A stretch of 64,000 nt of DNA, taken from the NCBI GenBank assembly GCA_964106915.2, contig OZ066915.1; one strand, 5' to 3'. A model generated the notes under the pieces. That model worked only from the letters and a program-made list of their open reading frames with translations. It was not told the origin of the DNA and ran no database searches. The DNA is from Podarcis gaigeae. Its lineage: Eukaryota. Made by a program: the position numbers and the translations under genes. Shown here in pieces: positions 24,919 through 64,000 of this stretch; the stretch's first letter is position 1, and each line of letters begins with the position of its first letter.

Positions 24919-27900
24919 CTGCAAAGTTAAAACAGAGTTAATATGCAATAGTTTGAGATGTTCCCAACTACAAGACCACAAAGCACCCTCTTTAGCTTTC
25001 TAAACTATACCACAGTGGTTCTAATATTTTATGGCAATGTTTTCATCTAACATCAACATATCAGGGTACAGAGTAGCAAAGTATGTTTTTAAAAGAGACA
25101 AGGGAAATAAGAATGTGCAAGAAAATTCAAATTGTGCCTAGGTCAGTTAAATTATAAAAACCTGTTTTATTATTATTAGGTATCAAAGGCAATATTCATC
25201 TAAGCTATACTAAGACTAGTTACTCTGAGTATGACTAACATTAATACTGCCCACAGTCAATAATATTAACACAAATCTGAAGAAATCTAAGAGTTAAGTA
25301 TCATTGTAATTGCAGTAGCATGATTTAATACGTACCTATACAATAAAGCTTTGCCTTTGTTATTTGCTATGGAAAAATATCCACTTCTGGGTGAGAAGTC
25401 CATGGAGTTAGCCAAGTATATTAACTTGCTTTTGAACACCGGAAAATTTGGGAATACAGTAAATGAAGGAATGTGCACCTGCGAAGGAGAGTGGAGCAAG
25501 GTAATGAAACAGAGGGGCTGGGTAAGTGAAAGCATACTTCACTGTCATACATAATATAATTAATAATAATAATATTTTTTTATACCCCACCCCCCCAGCC
25601 AAAACAGGGCTCGGAGCGGCTAACATGAAAATAAACTTTCAAACATTAATTTTTACAGTTACTTTCAAGACAATAACTCTGAACCCAACACTTTATCTTA
25701 AGCAAAGGCTTGTGCACAACTAGCAGGATTTTCTAACCCTTTCCCCTGCATCTGTCCATTTACAAGCTACTTTAGAAATTCCCTGAGTTTTGGTACAGAG
25801 GATCTCCCAGGATGGGAGGCTGGAGGAAGAGGGGGAAACTCCCAGGTGAGACCTGGGAGGGTTCACTCTTCTGTGTGGAATAAAGGTTAAGATATTGGTC
25901 TTTTATTCTCTTTCACTTCTTTCTTTTCTTTTCTTTTCCTTTTTCCTACTTTTCTTCTCTAGATTAGTTTGGCTTTATGAAAAGTATTAATAAAAAGTGA
26001 TTATAAAAAAGAAAATTTCCTGTCCAGGATCTTTCTAACTACAGATTTTGCACATACAGTTACAATTAAAACTACATGGGCTGATCCTACCCCTTGTGGG
26101 CTGCCTGTTCCTGCACTTGCAAGATATGAACCACATGACGTTTCCACCAGCTGTGTGACATCTAGGTTTTTCTGGAGCTAAATCCTACTTTTCGCCTAAA
26201 TGGTAGCAATGTTAAAAGCTTTTCTAATATGATAAAATGGATGTTTTGGGGTTCTCTCATTTTCCCCTATTCCAAAACAGAAATTGGCAGACTGTGTCAC
26301 CTGGTGAAAATGAAAAGGTTTCCCCATATACAGCTCCTAAAGTGAGAAATGTTTGCCTCAAACCATAAAGTATAGATATTTCTGTCTTTCTGTTGTTGTC
26401 ATATTTTTGGTAATTTCCCAGAAGACTTATTCAAACTCAATACATTCTCACTATCCAAGAACCATGCAAGGTGTGTGTCTGTTCAATGTATGTGAAAATT
26501 CTTGCAGCTTGCAATTACTTGAGCAACTAGGATGTCACAGAATGTTCAGACATGCAAAGTGCTCAAGGTGAAGAGGTCAGCAACAGAATGTTGACAAATC
26601 ACGAGCAGGAGAAAAATCCTCCAGTAAGCGACCTAGTTATAATAGTTATAAGAGGAACTGTTTTTTGTTTGTTTTGCTGAATTAAGGCCAGGAGAGGTGG
26701 ACAGGGGATCTCTGTAGGCATGAGAATCCAAGGCTGGGATGCTGAGGAGGGCCTTAGGAGCTGAAAAGAACAAGCTCCAGATTAAACTCTAGCTTAAACT
26801 GAATTGAATTAATACTTAGCTATTGAATTAAACTTAGGAGAAATTCTTACCAGCTTTACCGCCTCATCTACTTTATTAGAAGCAATTGCCAATATTTCAG
26901 TGGTGGGACTGAAGGATAACGATGTTGCAGGTGTGACCAAGTTCATTATAGCTTTCAGAGGCTTAGGACTAGTTTCTCTGAGACAGTCGTCCTGAGCATA
27001 CACATTCACAACTCCAGAACTAGAACTAAAAAAAAAAAAGTAGTTTGTGGTTTATAAAATGCTTAAACCATAATTAAACTCAGCAATTTATATCCATGAT
27101 CCTATGTTTCTCCAGAAGTACCAAGCGTCATTTCCTATCAGCTATACTGAGGAAATGTTAATGCGTAACTATAGTAAAATCTTATTCATGTAAGTAAAAA
27201 GAGTGTGTGTTTTTACTACGTTTATGCTTACGATAAGTTTGTAGAAGGGAGGCTCCATCTACAGAAAGAGGTTTGACAGCTACAGCCATTCCTAGACTGG
27301 GAAAGCCATGTCACAGTAGTTCATGCATGAAGTGATTTCAAGTACATTACTCCAATGCACTCTATGTGGGGCTTTCCTTCTGCTTGCTCTGGAAGCTGCA
27401 GTTAGTGCAGAATGCTGCAGCACAATTGCTGACTCCTACATATGCTGCAAGAAGCTCACCTGTATCTTAGGGGGAGCAATTAGCCACAGCCATTTTTAAA
27501 TCAAGGCAAGCAACATGGCAGCTCTACAGAATTTAAGGGCAAAAAGCTGCTCAATATTTACTCAGTCAAGTCATCAACCACGGACTAAAAATAAGATATT
27601 TCTGAAGACTACTTTGATAAAGCCTGGAACTTGATCTAAAAAGCATTTGCAATGTGTTTACCTGTCATACTGGCAAGTTATTTTGTTACCATATATAAAG
27701 ATACACCACTAAATTATTTGTCGATTTTGCCCTCCTCTGAATTTGGCCTCTTATAGCACATTACTAAGAATGTTTACTCAAAAGTAAGTCCCAATGAAAT
27801 CAAGTGGATTTAATATGCTGAGAGCTGCAACATTAGTAACGCATGTCTAAACCCATAATTATCTGACAACTCCAGTGTCTTTGAAGTAGAGAACCTTCCG

Positions 27901-30900
27901 GTATGATCCAAGAAATAAAATATCTTAAAATATTGGCTCTGCTTCCACTTACCCACATGCCACATACTGGTTGTTTTTGGAGATTGCAATTGATGTACCA
28001 CACATACAACCTTCGTCAGAAAATCTGTTTAGGCATCGTCTGCTTTTTACATCCCATACGAAAACTTCACCCTGAACTGACAGACAGAGAGACAAATAGG
28101 GAAATTTTTTAGAGGAAGTAATATATGACATCAAAATGCTGGATTTAAAGGGGGGGACCTCCGCTAAACTATGAACAACTGAAGAGCACAGCAAGGAATA
28201 ACTCCATACACTACTCAAAGATTATAACTATTATATAGTGAGTTTCTATTAAATAGGTACATGCATACATCATAAGTAGTAAAAGGCACAACTGTTTCAT
28301 GGTTTATGGGGAGGTTGTATCGGGTCACAAATTCCAGCTTCAAGCTATGAGTGCTTTCTAATCAGAAAATGAGCCTGTGACGATTACTACTGTAACAGCT
28401 GCAACAGAGGCTATACAAAGTTCTCCTTTCACTAAAAATTGCACACCTTCATACAGTGATGCCACATCTTATCTGACTTACCAGAATGTGTGTAGATTTT
28501 GCTGCTATCTGGAGAGAAAGATGATTCCAAAGACTTCCCATTTATTTTCATGCTCCCAATAAGCTCTTTCGTCTAAAATAGAAATGCAATTGTGGATCAA
28601 CACAAGTAGTCACAATATCATAAAGTGAAAGAGTCTGGTCTCATGAGAGGAATGTGCCCTTCTACAGTCGTCATAAAAAGGAGGGGAAGAAAACTTGTAG
28701 GGTGCACACAAATGTGTTTTCATATATATATTTCTTAGTGCACCACTGTGTTCCCTAATATGGTGCTCTGTTGCCCTATTTCCCTCCTGCTATTTATGGC
28801 TTTCTTCCTTTGGTTTATCTTTTTCCTTCTATAGTCTCCACCACACCAGTGACTTACTCATTTACAGTATTCAGATGACTTGTTTAATAAGAGACACTTA
28901 CAACACAAAACTCTAAAGAAAATCAACTGCTTAGCTATTAGCCACCACTATTTGGATTTAACAAAATCAAAGTCAAGAAATCCACACCATCCCTGTGACC
29001 TGTCTGCTGAAATGGCTGCTGTTGAGCAGCACAGAAATTTTGCATGAAGCATAAGACTGCAAAATGCTATGTGGTTCATATTTGCCATATTAGTATTAAA
29101 ATGTATTTTTAGTATGAACTCTAGCTGATACAACTTCTCTGCTGGTAGAATTGTGTTGCTGTTTGAACTTAAAATGCTCATTTTCAGAAACAAATGCAGA
29201 TTTTACCTTCATTGTCAACAAATGCAGATAGCCTGATGTTCCATTAAGGAGCAGGAATCTTCCATCTGGTGATACTTCAAAATTTTTGATAAACTTCTCC
29301 TCTAAACCTTAAATTCAAAAAAACAATATGTGTTTTTTTTAATTCCAGCACATATATATAGAAGCGAATTGCCAAAGTTTATAAATTATGGTTTAATCTG
29401 GGTGCTTATTTATAAAGAATAATAGAACATTATTTCCTTGAATGTTCATTCTTTTTCTTATAGATGCCATTGTTCCAAAGACATGGAAGAACACTGGGCA
29501 CTAGTTCTACCGCCATGTGACACAGAAGGAATTTAATTAGAAATCTTTTATGTCTAATTCAGAAAAAATATAATTATATTTGAGCATTATTCGAATCTAC
29601 TTAAAATTCAGTGTGTACAAAAATATAAGCAAGCAGTGAAACCTCACCTCTGATATGGGTGATAGGAATAATTTTCCCAGCCATCATGTCGTATATATAG
29701 AACCGCTTGTTGTGTATGCTAGTTGCAATAACTTGCTCTCCATCTGCACTAAAACGTGCCTTGTACACTGGAAAGCTTTCCAGATGAATGCTCTGTATCT
29801 TTGGATTAGCGATGCCATCCACCTTTAAAGAGAAAAAGATGCATTCATTTTTTCACCTCAGAATGGGCAATATTTAAGAGGATTTCTAAAATACAAATGC
29901 AATGACTAGCGAATGCCAGTTTGTCTTGAATTTAATTTCCTTGATTTGACGGCAACCCAGAGTCCCACACAAACATTGGGCTGCTACTGCCTGCTACTGC
30001 ACCATATGGAGCTCCACCATAACAAGGAACTCCTGTTTCTATGCAAACAATAGGGATGAGCCACTTGCTTCCATGCACTTTTGACTGTTTCCAGTCCTTA
30101 AAGTTTGGTATTAATATGCAAATTTAAACCCCCACCCACCCAACCACCACATAGGTGTCTAAAGTATGTCTCAGCCAATCAGTTCCTATAAAATAGTATA
30201 CAAGAACATAGAACAGAAACAATCACATTATATATAAGGTAATTATTCCTTACCTGGAACAGTGAAACAGACCGATCAAGCCCAGCAGTCATAATAACTT
30301 GAGCAGAAGGATGGAACTGCACAGTTGTCAGTTTTGCATCTGACAGACGTTCACTATTAGCAAACTTGCAGTTTTTCATCTAAAATGCAGAACAGGAACA
30401 TGTGTGGTTGTTATGAAGCTGCATAACCACTAAGTACATATAGAAAAGAAAAATATACACACTCATGACAGTATCCAACACTGCACAAGCAGCACTAAGA
30501 CCTCCCCTTCTGCTCCTCCCTGAATACCCCCACAAAAACTGCTCCACAGGGACCTTCAACCGTCTGGAGCAGATTTTGAGGGTGGGTGAGAGGCTTCAGG
30601 ACAGGAAAGAAGGTTCAAGTGTGGAAACAGAAATCTTCTGCCCAAGTTAAACAGCAGCTTTGGACACAACCCTATGTCTGCACTACTGAAATATATTTCA
30701 GCAAATCTGCTACCAATTCTGTCCTAAGATACATTCAGTGTTCTAGGCAGTTTTCCATTTCCTAGTTTAGAGATGCATTAGCGATCCAAATTTTTATAAA
30801 ATCAAGTTGTATTCAACTCTGTGCAAGTGGTGTTCTGCTCACACCTGGAAATTCCTCTTCTCACAATTCCCAAAAATCTGTTCCAGATGGTCCTCCAACC

Positions 30901-33900
30901 ACCTGAAGCAGATTTTGAGGGTTAACAGCAGGCTTGCAGGAGAGGAGAAAATTACCAATGATTTTTTTATTTTACTGTTGAAGCTCTACATAATAACTAT
31001 TTCATCATACTTAAAGCTTTGCCAACTAAATATTCAAAACATGAAAATGCTTTCAATGTGTTGCATGAAGGGTCTCTTGAAACCTGTTGTTTTTCACATA
31101 TTTAACAGCTTCAAAGCCTATGAATTCTAATCACAAACACATTGTGTACATGAAAATGATTGTTTTACCTGTAAAAAGCCTCTTGGTAAGGAATCTGACA
31201 CTGTCACGAAGTTGCCTGTCTTGTGCATTAGTTCATCCCCTTCATCTTCGCTGTCATCTTAAAAAGAAATTATTTCAAACATTGTATTGTTTTATCTGTG
31301 CAGCCATATGAAAAGTGGCAACATAAGCTAAATGCAATATATGAAAAGAAGTCAGAACTTATTCAGTATACAGTCAGGTAGTGTGTCATAAACCCTGCTC
31401 CTAGTCTCTTAGAGCAGCTTGCAACGGTCAGTAGTAAGACAGTCTGCGTTCTCAGGTAAACAATCTAAAACAGGGTAGGCAGCCTTCAGGGTTGTGTGAT
31501 CTACTTTGTTTTTTACTTGAACCTTGAAGGCAACCAAATTGAAGCCAAGTGCAAAATAAGAACTGCTTAAAATTCTCCTTCTACTGCTCCTAAAAAGCTG
31601 CTCCTTCTACAGCCAATGGATGAGGCCAAGTTGGTCTCTCCCTTGCCATGATGTTCTTCCTACATTAGTCCCTGCGAGACTTCCTTAATCAGAAGTCCCA
31701 AAAACTTTCTCTGCAGAACACATGCAGAGGATTGCATCTTAATTACTTTATTGACTTTGGTTCATGCTATAGAAAGTCCCACATTTACCTTCATCTCTGG
31801 CTTTTCTTACTTTCTTCTTCCTGTCCCTCTGTGCCCAGGAAGGGGTTGCTCCCATTGCGCTCTGAAATCTAAGGAAGACAAGTCTGTACTTCACCCACAA
31901 CTGTTACTTAAGACACAACCTTATTCACTGAGGTAAGTAAAAAAAAAAAAAAACTATCAGAAATTTTAAGTAAATATGCCAGACAATTTTGAAAGATGGG
32001 TGCAAGAATGATGAGCATTAAATATCTGAAGAAGAAGAAGAAGAGTTTGGATTTGATATCCCGCCTTTCACTCCCCTTCAGGAGTCTCAAAGCGGCTAAC
32101 ATTCTCCTTTCCCTTCCTCCCCCACAACAAACACTCTGTGAGGTGAGTGGGGCTGAGAGACTTCAGAGAAGTGTGACTAGCCCAAGGTCACCCAGCAGCT
32201 GCATGTGGAGGAGCGGAGACTCGAACCCGGTTCCCCAGATTACAAGACTACCGCTCTTAACCACTGCACCACACTGGCTCTCAAATTGAACTTAGAAAGG
32301 AAGGGCAAAAATGGAGAGAGGGATGCAGGGCAAGAAACTCAGGACAGACAGCCTTACAGTATCTCTCTCTCTCTCTCACACACACACACCCCTTGTGATG
32401 CAAGAGCAGATGCAAGCTGTTTAAAGGATGGACTGTGAAGGAAGAAAAAAATTTTCCTCAACACTCCCCACCTCTTGCAAGTAAGCCTCTCATTATGACA
32501 ATAAATAGGGAAATGCTTTTGAAGTGTCCAAGCACCCCAGCCATTTTCGCCCTTCCTTTTTAAGTTCAATTGAATCATCCTGCCATTTCCCCTTTTCTCA
32601 ATATTAAGTAGTAAAACTTCATAGCTGCATAAAGAAAATTGATTATTTTTTTTTGCATTTTAGTATGTATGGAAATAAATATAGACATCTTCAAAAATTC
32701 AGATTAATTTACAAATTGTCTGTTTTGAGAAAACACATATTGGAAAGCCTCTTCAAAAATGAGGTTATATGCTAACATTTTTTGATACCAATTCAAATAA
32801 ATAATCAAAAATTATTTTTTCTTAAGATGGTTGTCTCTTGTCCATGTTACCATTAACACTCACTGTTCTTGAAGTCTTCTTTGAAGTTTTTCCTTTGTAA
32901 GCTTCTTTTCTGCATCACTTTTCATCATGTTTTTTCGATATCGATGGGTCATGTCAATTCTAGGAGAAAAAAGTCACATGCTAAATTTGTACAGTTCTGT
33001 AAAAATATTAATTTTACCAAGATGGTCACTTTACAAATTAAAGCAAGTGAATAGCTTATATTTTGAAGCAGTGGCATGTAGTTCATGTTACATAGTAAGA
33101 TTACATAGTAGAGTCAATGTGATGGAGTGGTTAAGAGTGCCAAAGTAAGATTGGGCGATAAAGGTTCAAATCATCACTCAGCCATGAAATTCACTGAGTG
33201 ACCATAAAACACTTCCTCTTCCTATCCTACTTTACAGGATTAGCATGGGGAAGAAATGGAAAAAAGTAAATTTTAAAATCAGCTATAAGGTTCTAGAATT
33301 TCCAAAGTTCTTAAAAAGTGGACAGCCTGGCAATATTTTGTAAAAACTTGCAGAAAGCACACACATTAACATCTTCACTCAGAATGAATGGTTAAGATGA
33401 TGGATGGTATCTAATTGTGCACTGATGCAATGGACTTCCACTTGTGCAAAGGTGACTCTCCTTCAACCTGCAGCCACCCAAAATCTGCTCTGGAGGATTG
33501 ACAATCCCTCCAGAGCAAAGTTTGGGGGACACATATGGACCCACAGGGGGAAGAGGAAAAAGATAAGTCATAGTACATCTGCTTGTGCGACTCTTGACCT
33601 TGCACTCACAGGATGTAAGATGCTTACACCCCAAACCTACATACGTTAGGTTGAAGACAAACCCCACAGAGTTCAATGCAACTTGCTTACAACTACAGCT
33701 TTGCTTCACCACACTTGATGAGTCAATTTACAATAGGTGCATTACACATCAAAGTAAACCACCAATCGTGGATTACTGTGACATGCAAACATAGCCTATG
33801 AGTGCTGCTTACATTTCCTCAACTTCATCATCTTCATCCACCCATGCTGGTTTTTCTGATGGAAGAAAGTTGTCTTCCGTTTCATTCTCCACTTCTGAGT

Positions 33901-35167
33901 CATCAGATTCTCCTTCAAGGAGATTCCCACTGAGCACATCACCAACCTTAAAAAAAGAAAGAATATTTTCTTTAATCTTAGAATTTAAAAACATGTTACA
34001 GATTGCCACCAATGAATCTTTAAAAATTCCTAAAAACTTATCATTGTTTATTCTCAGAACACTTGTCAGGAGCCTGAAACTGAGATAACTGACAAGCCCA
34101 GTCTCAGCTGTACTGCCACATGAATCCTGAGGCATTTCGGACAGAATTTCCTGATAACCACATACCTGATGAACAATGTGCTGTTCTACAGCACCCATAT
34201 AATGGCCTTCAGAGTTCAGAAGGCATACTTGCACTGTTTGCTGCCATGACAGGACAGTACCCCACATCTGGATACTATGGTGAATTTACAAATATTTACG
34301 TGAACTGAAAAAGTTAGGAATTTTTTTAGGGGGTGAAGAACTAATTTGCTTGAATGTTACAGTGGGTATTCAGACTTAATTTACCACCTCCTGGAATACT
34401 TTCAAAGTGGACGAGACAGAAGATTGTGACCTCTAGATAAGGCATTCACACAGCCACCTACAAAGGGACAACCATTAGCAACTTTACAACCTCAACTGTT
34501 TGACTGAAGCCACAATAAATTTATTTTTAAAAAACAGCACAAAAGAGTGCCCCTTTTCTATGCTGTGCTATCATAACTACAGCTGCACCCCTCTCTTCTG
34601 AACATTTGCTACTGAACCGGCAGGGCCGGCACCAGTTTTTGTGGACCAATGCTCCAGGTGTGTAAGACAGGCAGAAATTCCGTAATATGTACTGGTGAAA
34701 CATCTGCATCACTGTATCTGCGTGTCCATAAACATCCACTCGTGCAATTCAAGCTTATCACGCTGCCAGCAGCTCGGGCAGGGATGTGGGGCTCATAGAA
34801 AGAAGAGAAAGCTGGTGGAAAGAACCATTATCCACTAGATACCGTGAGGCTGATTATTGCTATCCAGTCGGGGGGAGGGAGGGGACACCAAAACAGGCTT
34901 CCCGCCTAATACCTTCGCCAGCGGGCCTTGCAGACGCTGCAGGTCGTCGTCTCCTTCCTCCACGTCCCCAAACAGCAGCTCCTCCAGGCCACGCTCCGCC
35001 GCGGGTTTCTCTGCCACGAGAGCCAAGTGCTGAGCCCGACGGATCTCCTCCGCGGCAGCCGCCACGTGGCCGCCTCGCTCCTCGCCTCTTTCAAGCGGCC
35101 CTTTTCCGACCCGAGGCCGCTTTCTGCCCTTCGACGCGCCTCGCCGGCCCTCAGCCCTCGCCTCCAT
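24894..35167 (-). CDS. UTP18: U3 snoRNA-associated protein 18 homolog (WD40, SSU processome), complete CDS, 537 aa
   Basis: Exons 34913-35167, 33813-33946, 32864-32959, 31789-31868, 31169-31257, 30254-30379, 29648-29822, 29207-29307, 28482-28572, 27953-28076, 26851-27025, 25336-25478, 24894-24918 total 1614 nt in frame. Motifs LEELLFG, KPAWVDEDD, VQFHPSAQV, NPKIQSIHLE, DFSPRSGYF, YRLKHYSDF*. Confidence 0.96.
25336..25478 (-). CDS. UTP18: UTP18 exon 12
   Basis: VHIPSFTVFPNFP...DFSPRSGYFSIANNKGKALLY. Confidence 0.94.
26851..27025 (-). CDS. UTP18: UTP18 exon 11
   Basis: SSSGVVNVYAQDDCLRETSPKPLKAIMNLVT...AVKL. Confidence 0.94.
27953..28076 (-). CDS. UTP18: UTP18 exon 10
   Basis: QGEVFVWDVKSRRCLNRFSDEGCMCGTSIAISKNNQYVACG. 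Confidence 0.93.
28482..28572 (-). CDS. UTP18: UTP18 exon 9
   Basis: TKELIGSMKINGKSLESSFSPDSSKIYTHS. Confidence 0.94.
29207..29307 (-). CDS. UTP18: UTP18 exon 8
   Basis: GLEEKFIKNFEVSPDGRFLLLNGTSGYLHLLTMK. Confidence 0.94.
29648..29822 (-). CDS. UTP18: UTP18 exon 7
   Basis: VDGIANPKIQSIHLESFPVYKARFSADGEQVIAT...IIPITHIR. Confidence 0.94.
30254..30379 (-). CDS. UTP18: UTP18 exon 6
   Basis: MKNCKFANSERLSDAKLTTVQFHPSAQVIMTAGLDRSVSLFQ. Confidence 0.94.
31169..31257 (-). CDS. UTP18: UTP18 exon 5
   Basis: DDSEDEGDELMHKTGNFVTVSDSLPRGFLQ. Confidence 0.92.
31789..31868 (-). CDS. UTP18: UTP18 exon 4
   Basis: FQSAMGATPSWAQRDRKKKVRKARDE. Confidence 0.9.
32028..32278 (-). mobile_element. tRNA-derived SINE, Squam3-like, (CTT)n tail
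   Basis: A/B boxes (TGGTGCAGTGG, GGTTCGAGTC), CORE-like GGGTGACCTTGGGCTAGTCAC; highly similar to the copy at 54799. Confidence 0.85.
32864..32959 (-). CDS. UTP18: UTP18 exon 3
   Basis: IDMTHRYRKNMMKSDAEKKLTKEKLQRRLQE. Confidence 0.92.
33813..33946 (-). CDS. UTP18: UTP18 exon 2
   Basis: VGDVLSGNLLEGESDDSE...KPAWVDEDDEVEE. Confidence 0.92.
34913..35167 (-). CDS. UTP18: UTP18 coding exon 1
   Basis: MEARAEGRRG...ERGLEELLFGD...LQGPLAK; donor GTATT. Confidence 0.88.
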
Positions 35168-36190
35168 GCTACCTCTGCCTTCACGGGACCACAAACCGGA
35201 AGCGGAAAGGCCCGCACGGAAACCGGAAACGCCCTTCCCGCTCAGTTACCATAGAGAGGCACGCAGACGCAAACACGTCCGCCCTCCCAGGCACAGTACT
35301 CAATGAAGCCGCCGTGACGCCGCCTGAATGAACATGCGATGTAAACAAACAGATAGATTACCAGAGAGATACGCGGGCTGAGGGGGCTTTCGGCGCGAGC
35401 TCCTCACCCCTCCCCACCCCAAGGCAAATGGAGACCGGAATAAAACGATCTGCGTAACATTTGTCTTTTTCTCTATGTCTTTGCCTTCCCCCGCTCCGTG
35501 AGAAGCACTGCCACGTGACCTCCTTGGCCCCGCCTCCTTTTCACATGACCTCAATGTTTCAGTGTATTCCCCCCCCAACACACACACACTCTCTTTCCCC
35601 CATTTTTCCCCTCATAAGAACCGCTCTCTAAGCGGGCTGTCCCATCACTTGTAAAACAGTGGGGGTGCAGGTGAAAGCACCTTTTTTAAAAAAAGATTAA
35701 CGTCTCCTCAGTTGAAGGCAAACTGAGACGGAGAGAAGCATCCCATCAAATCTGTAGCCGGTCGCGGCGACCGCTTTAACGCCGCGGCTGCGACCGTCCT
35801 CGGTCCCCGTCGCCTCTCCTCCCCCCCCCTCTTCCGCATCATAGTTCAGGCCGCCCAGCCGCGTACGGCGAGCGAGGGCGATCCAAACAGCGAAGGGGCC
35901 AATGGGAGCGCGCCGTGGGCTGGGGCCGTACTACGCGTGCGCAGTGCGGTTATGCTAATGTTGTTGATATTCTGGGGCTTGGAGTTGAATGTCTTTTCTC
36001 TCACACACTCTGCGCTCTTCCCCCCCGTTTAAAGTGAGAGGCTGAACTTTCCTCCTCCTCCAACCTGGCTCTGCCCCTCGGAAAGGGGAGGGGGAGAGTC
36101 CGGGGGGGTGGGGGCTGAGCCGAGGGGGCGGGAGGGGGGAGGAGGAGGAGGAGAGCGGCGGCAGCGGCATCCTTTGCCCATGAGGGCCTG

Positions 36191-63147
<26,957 letters not shown>

Positions 63148-64000
63148 TAATTCATTTCTTTTTCCTTAAGCTTGTTTGCAAAAATCATATCCTTTACATC
63201 TCTGTTCAAACTCTAGTTTGGAGTTGCCGAACCAATCGTCGTTTAGCAGACAAGTGTTTCATGATTGCTTGCTTAACTATCCTTTGGCTGGCTGGGAATA
63301 TTGCAACTCTCTTTTTCTGACTTGGTTCTCCCGTTTGCTTTTTAGTCAGTACAGAGTAAAGGAGTATAAGAATTGCCACTGCTGTGGCTTGCTGAAGTGG
63401 TGTAGATGGGACAAGCAGCTAGGCTAGGTGCATTATGGTTTAATGTCACCTCTTCATTAGTTATGATATCCTCAAAGTAAGTGGCACTCTTCTCACCTGT
63501 CTAGGCCAGATTGGCCTACTAACAGCATATATTCTGCCTAGTTTGATCAATTACTTCCTGTGATTTCCCCCCTAAAATCTGGGCTCAAGGTCAGTGAATC
63601 TGGTTGGCAGGAGATTCAGGAGAGGCAAAAGGAAGTACATTTTCGCATGACAATGTGTAAAATTCTCGGCCCGATATGTGAAGGCTACTATCTTAGATAG
63701 CTAAGGGAATTGGATAAATTCATGCAGGGTAAAACTGTCAGTGGGTGTCAAGGGTTTTTTGCTTTTTTTGTTTTGCATTTAAGGTTAGTGGGGTGGCCTC
63801 TTATTCAGAGATCTGTCTGTACATTTGTGGTCCTTTATTGCACTCTGGCACTTCTGCTGAGGGAAGGGCCATGATTCAGTGAGAGATGTTTTGCATGCAG
63901 AGGCTCTAGGGCTGGATTCCAATGTTCTTCACCCCCAGTAAGTGTTCCAACTAGTGTTGTGATCTGGCAGCATCTGGAGGGCCCTCAGTTGAGTCCCTGG

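Overview
Vertebrate genomic DNA from a squamate reptile. Sauria SINEs and Squam3-like SINEs with a (CTT)n tail suggest a lacertid lizard (inference). It holds three intron-containing genes, which I rebuilt by hand with GT-AG sites and consistent phases. CSNK1D is on the minus strand (coding exons 1-8, 399 codons; the terminal exon was not found and probably lies left of the window). UTP18 is on the minus strand (complete 13-exon CDS, 537 aa, plus a likely non-coding last exon). MBTD1 is on the plus strand (12 coding exons, continuing past the right edge). UTP18 and MBTD1 share a bidirectional CpG-island promoter. The introns carry Sauria and Squam3-like SINEs, Tigger/pogo-like and hAT MITEs, and L2, CR1, Rex/Babar and Penelope remnants. 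The main unexplained feature is a ~0.5 kb CpG-retaining segment in MBTD1 intron 5 (56.4-56.9 kb). It is packed with mutually exclusive inverted repeats and overlaps a candidate poison exon and a hydrophobic small ORF. Also notable are uORF arrangements at the MBTD1 and CSNK1D start codons. Most ORFs in the supplied track are spurious.
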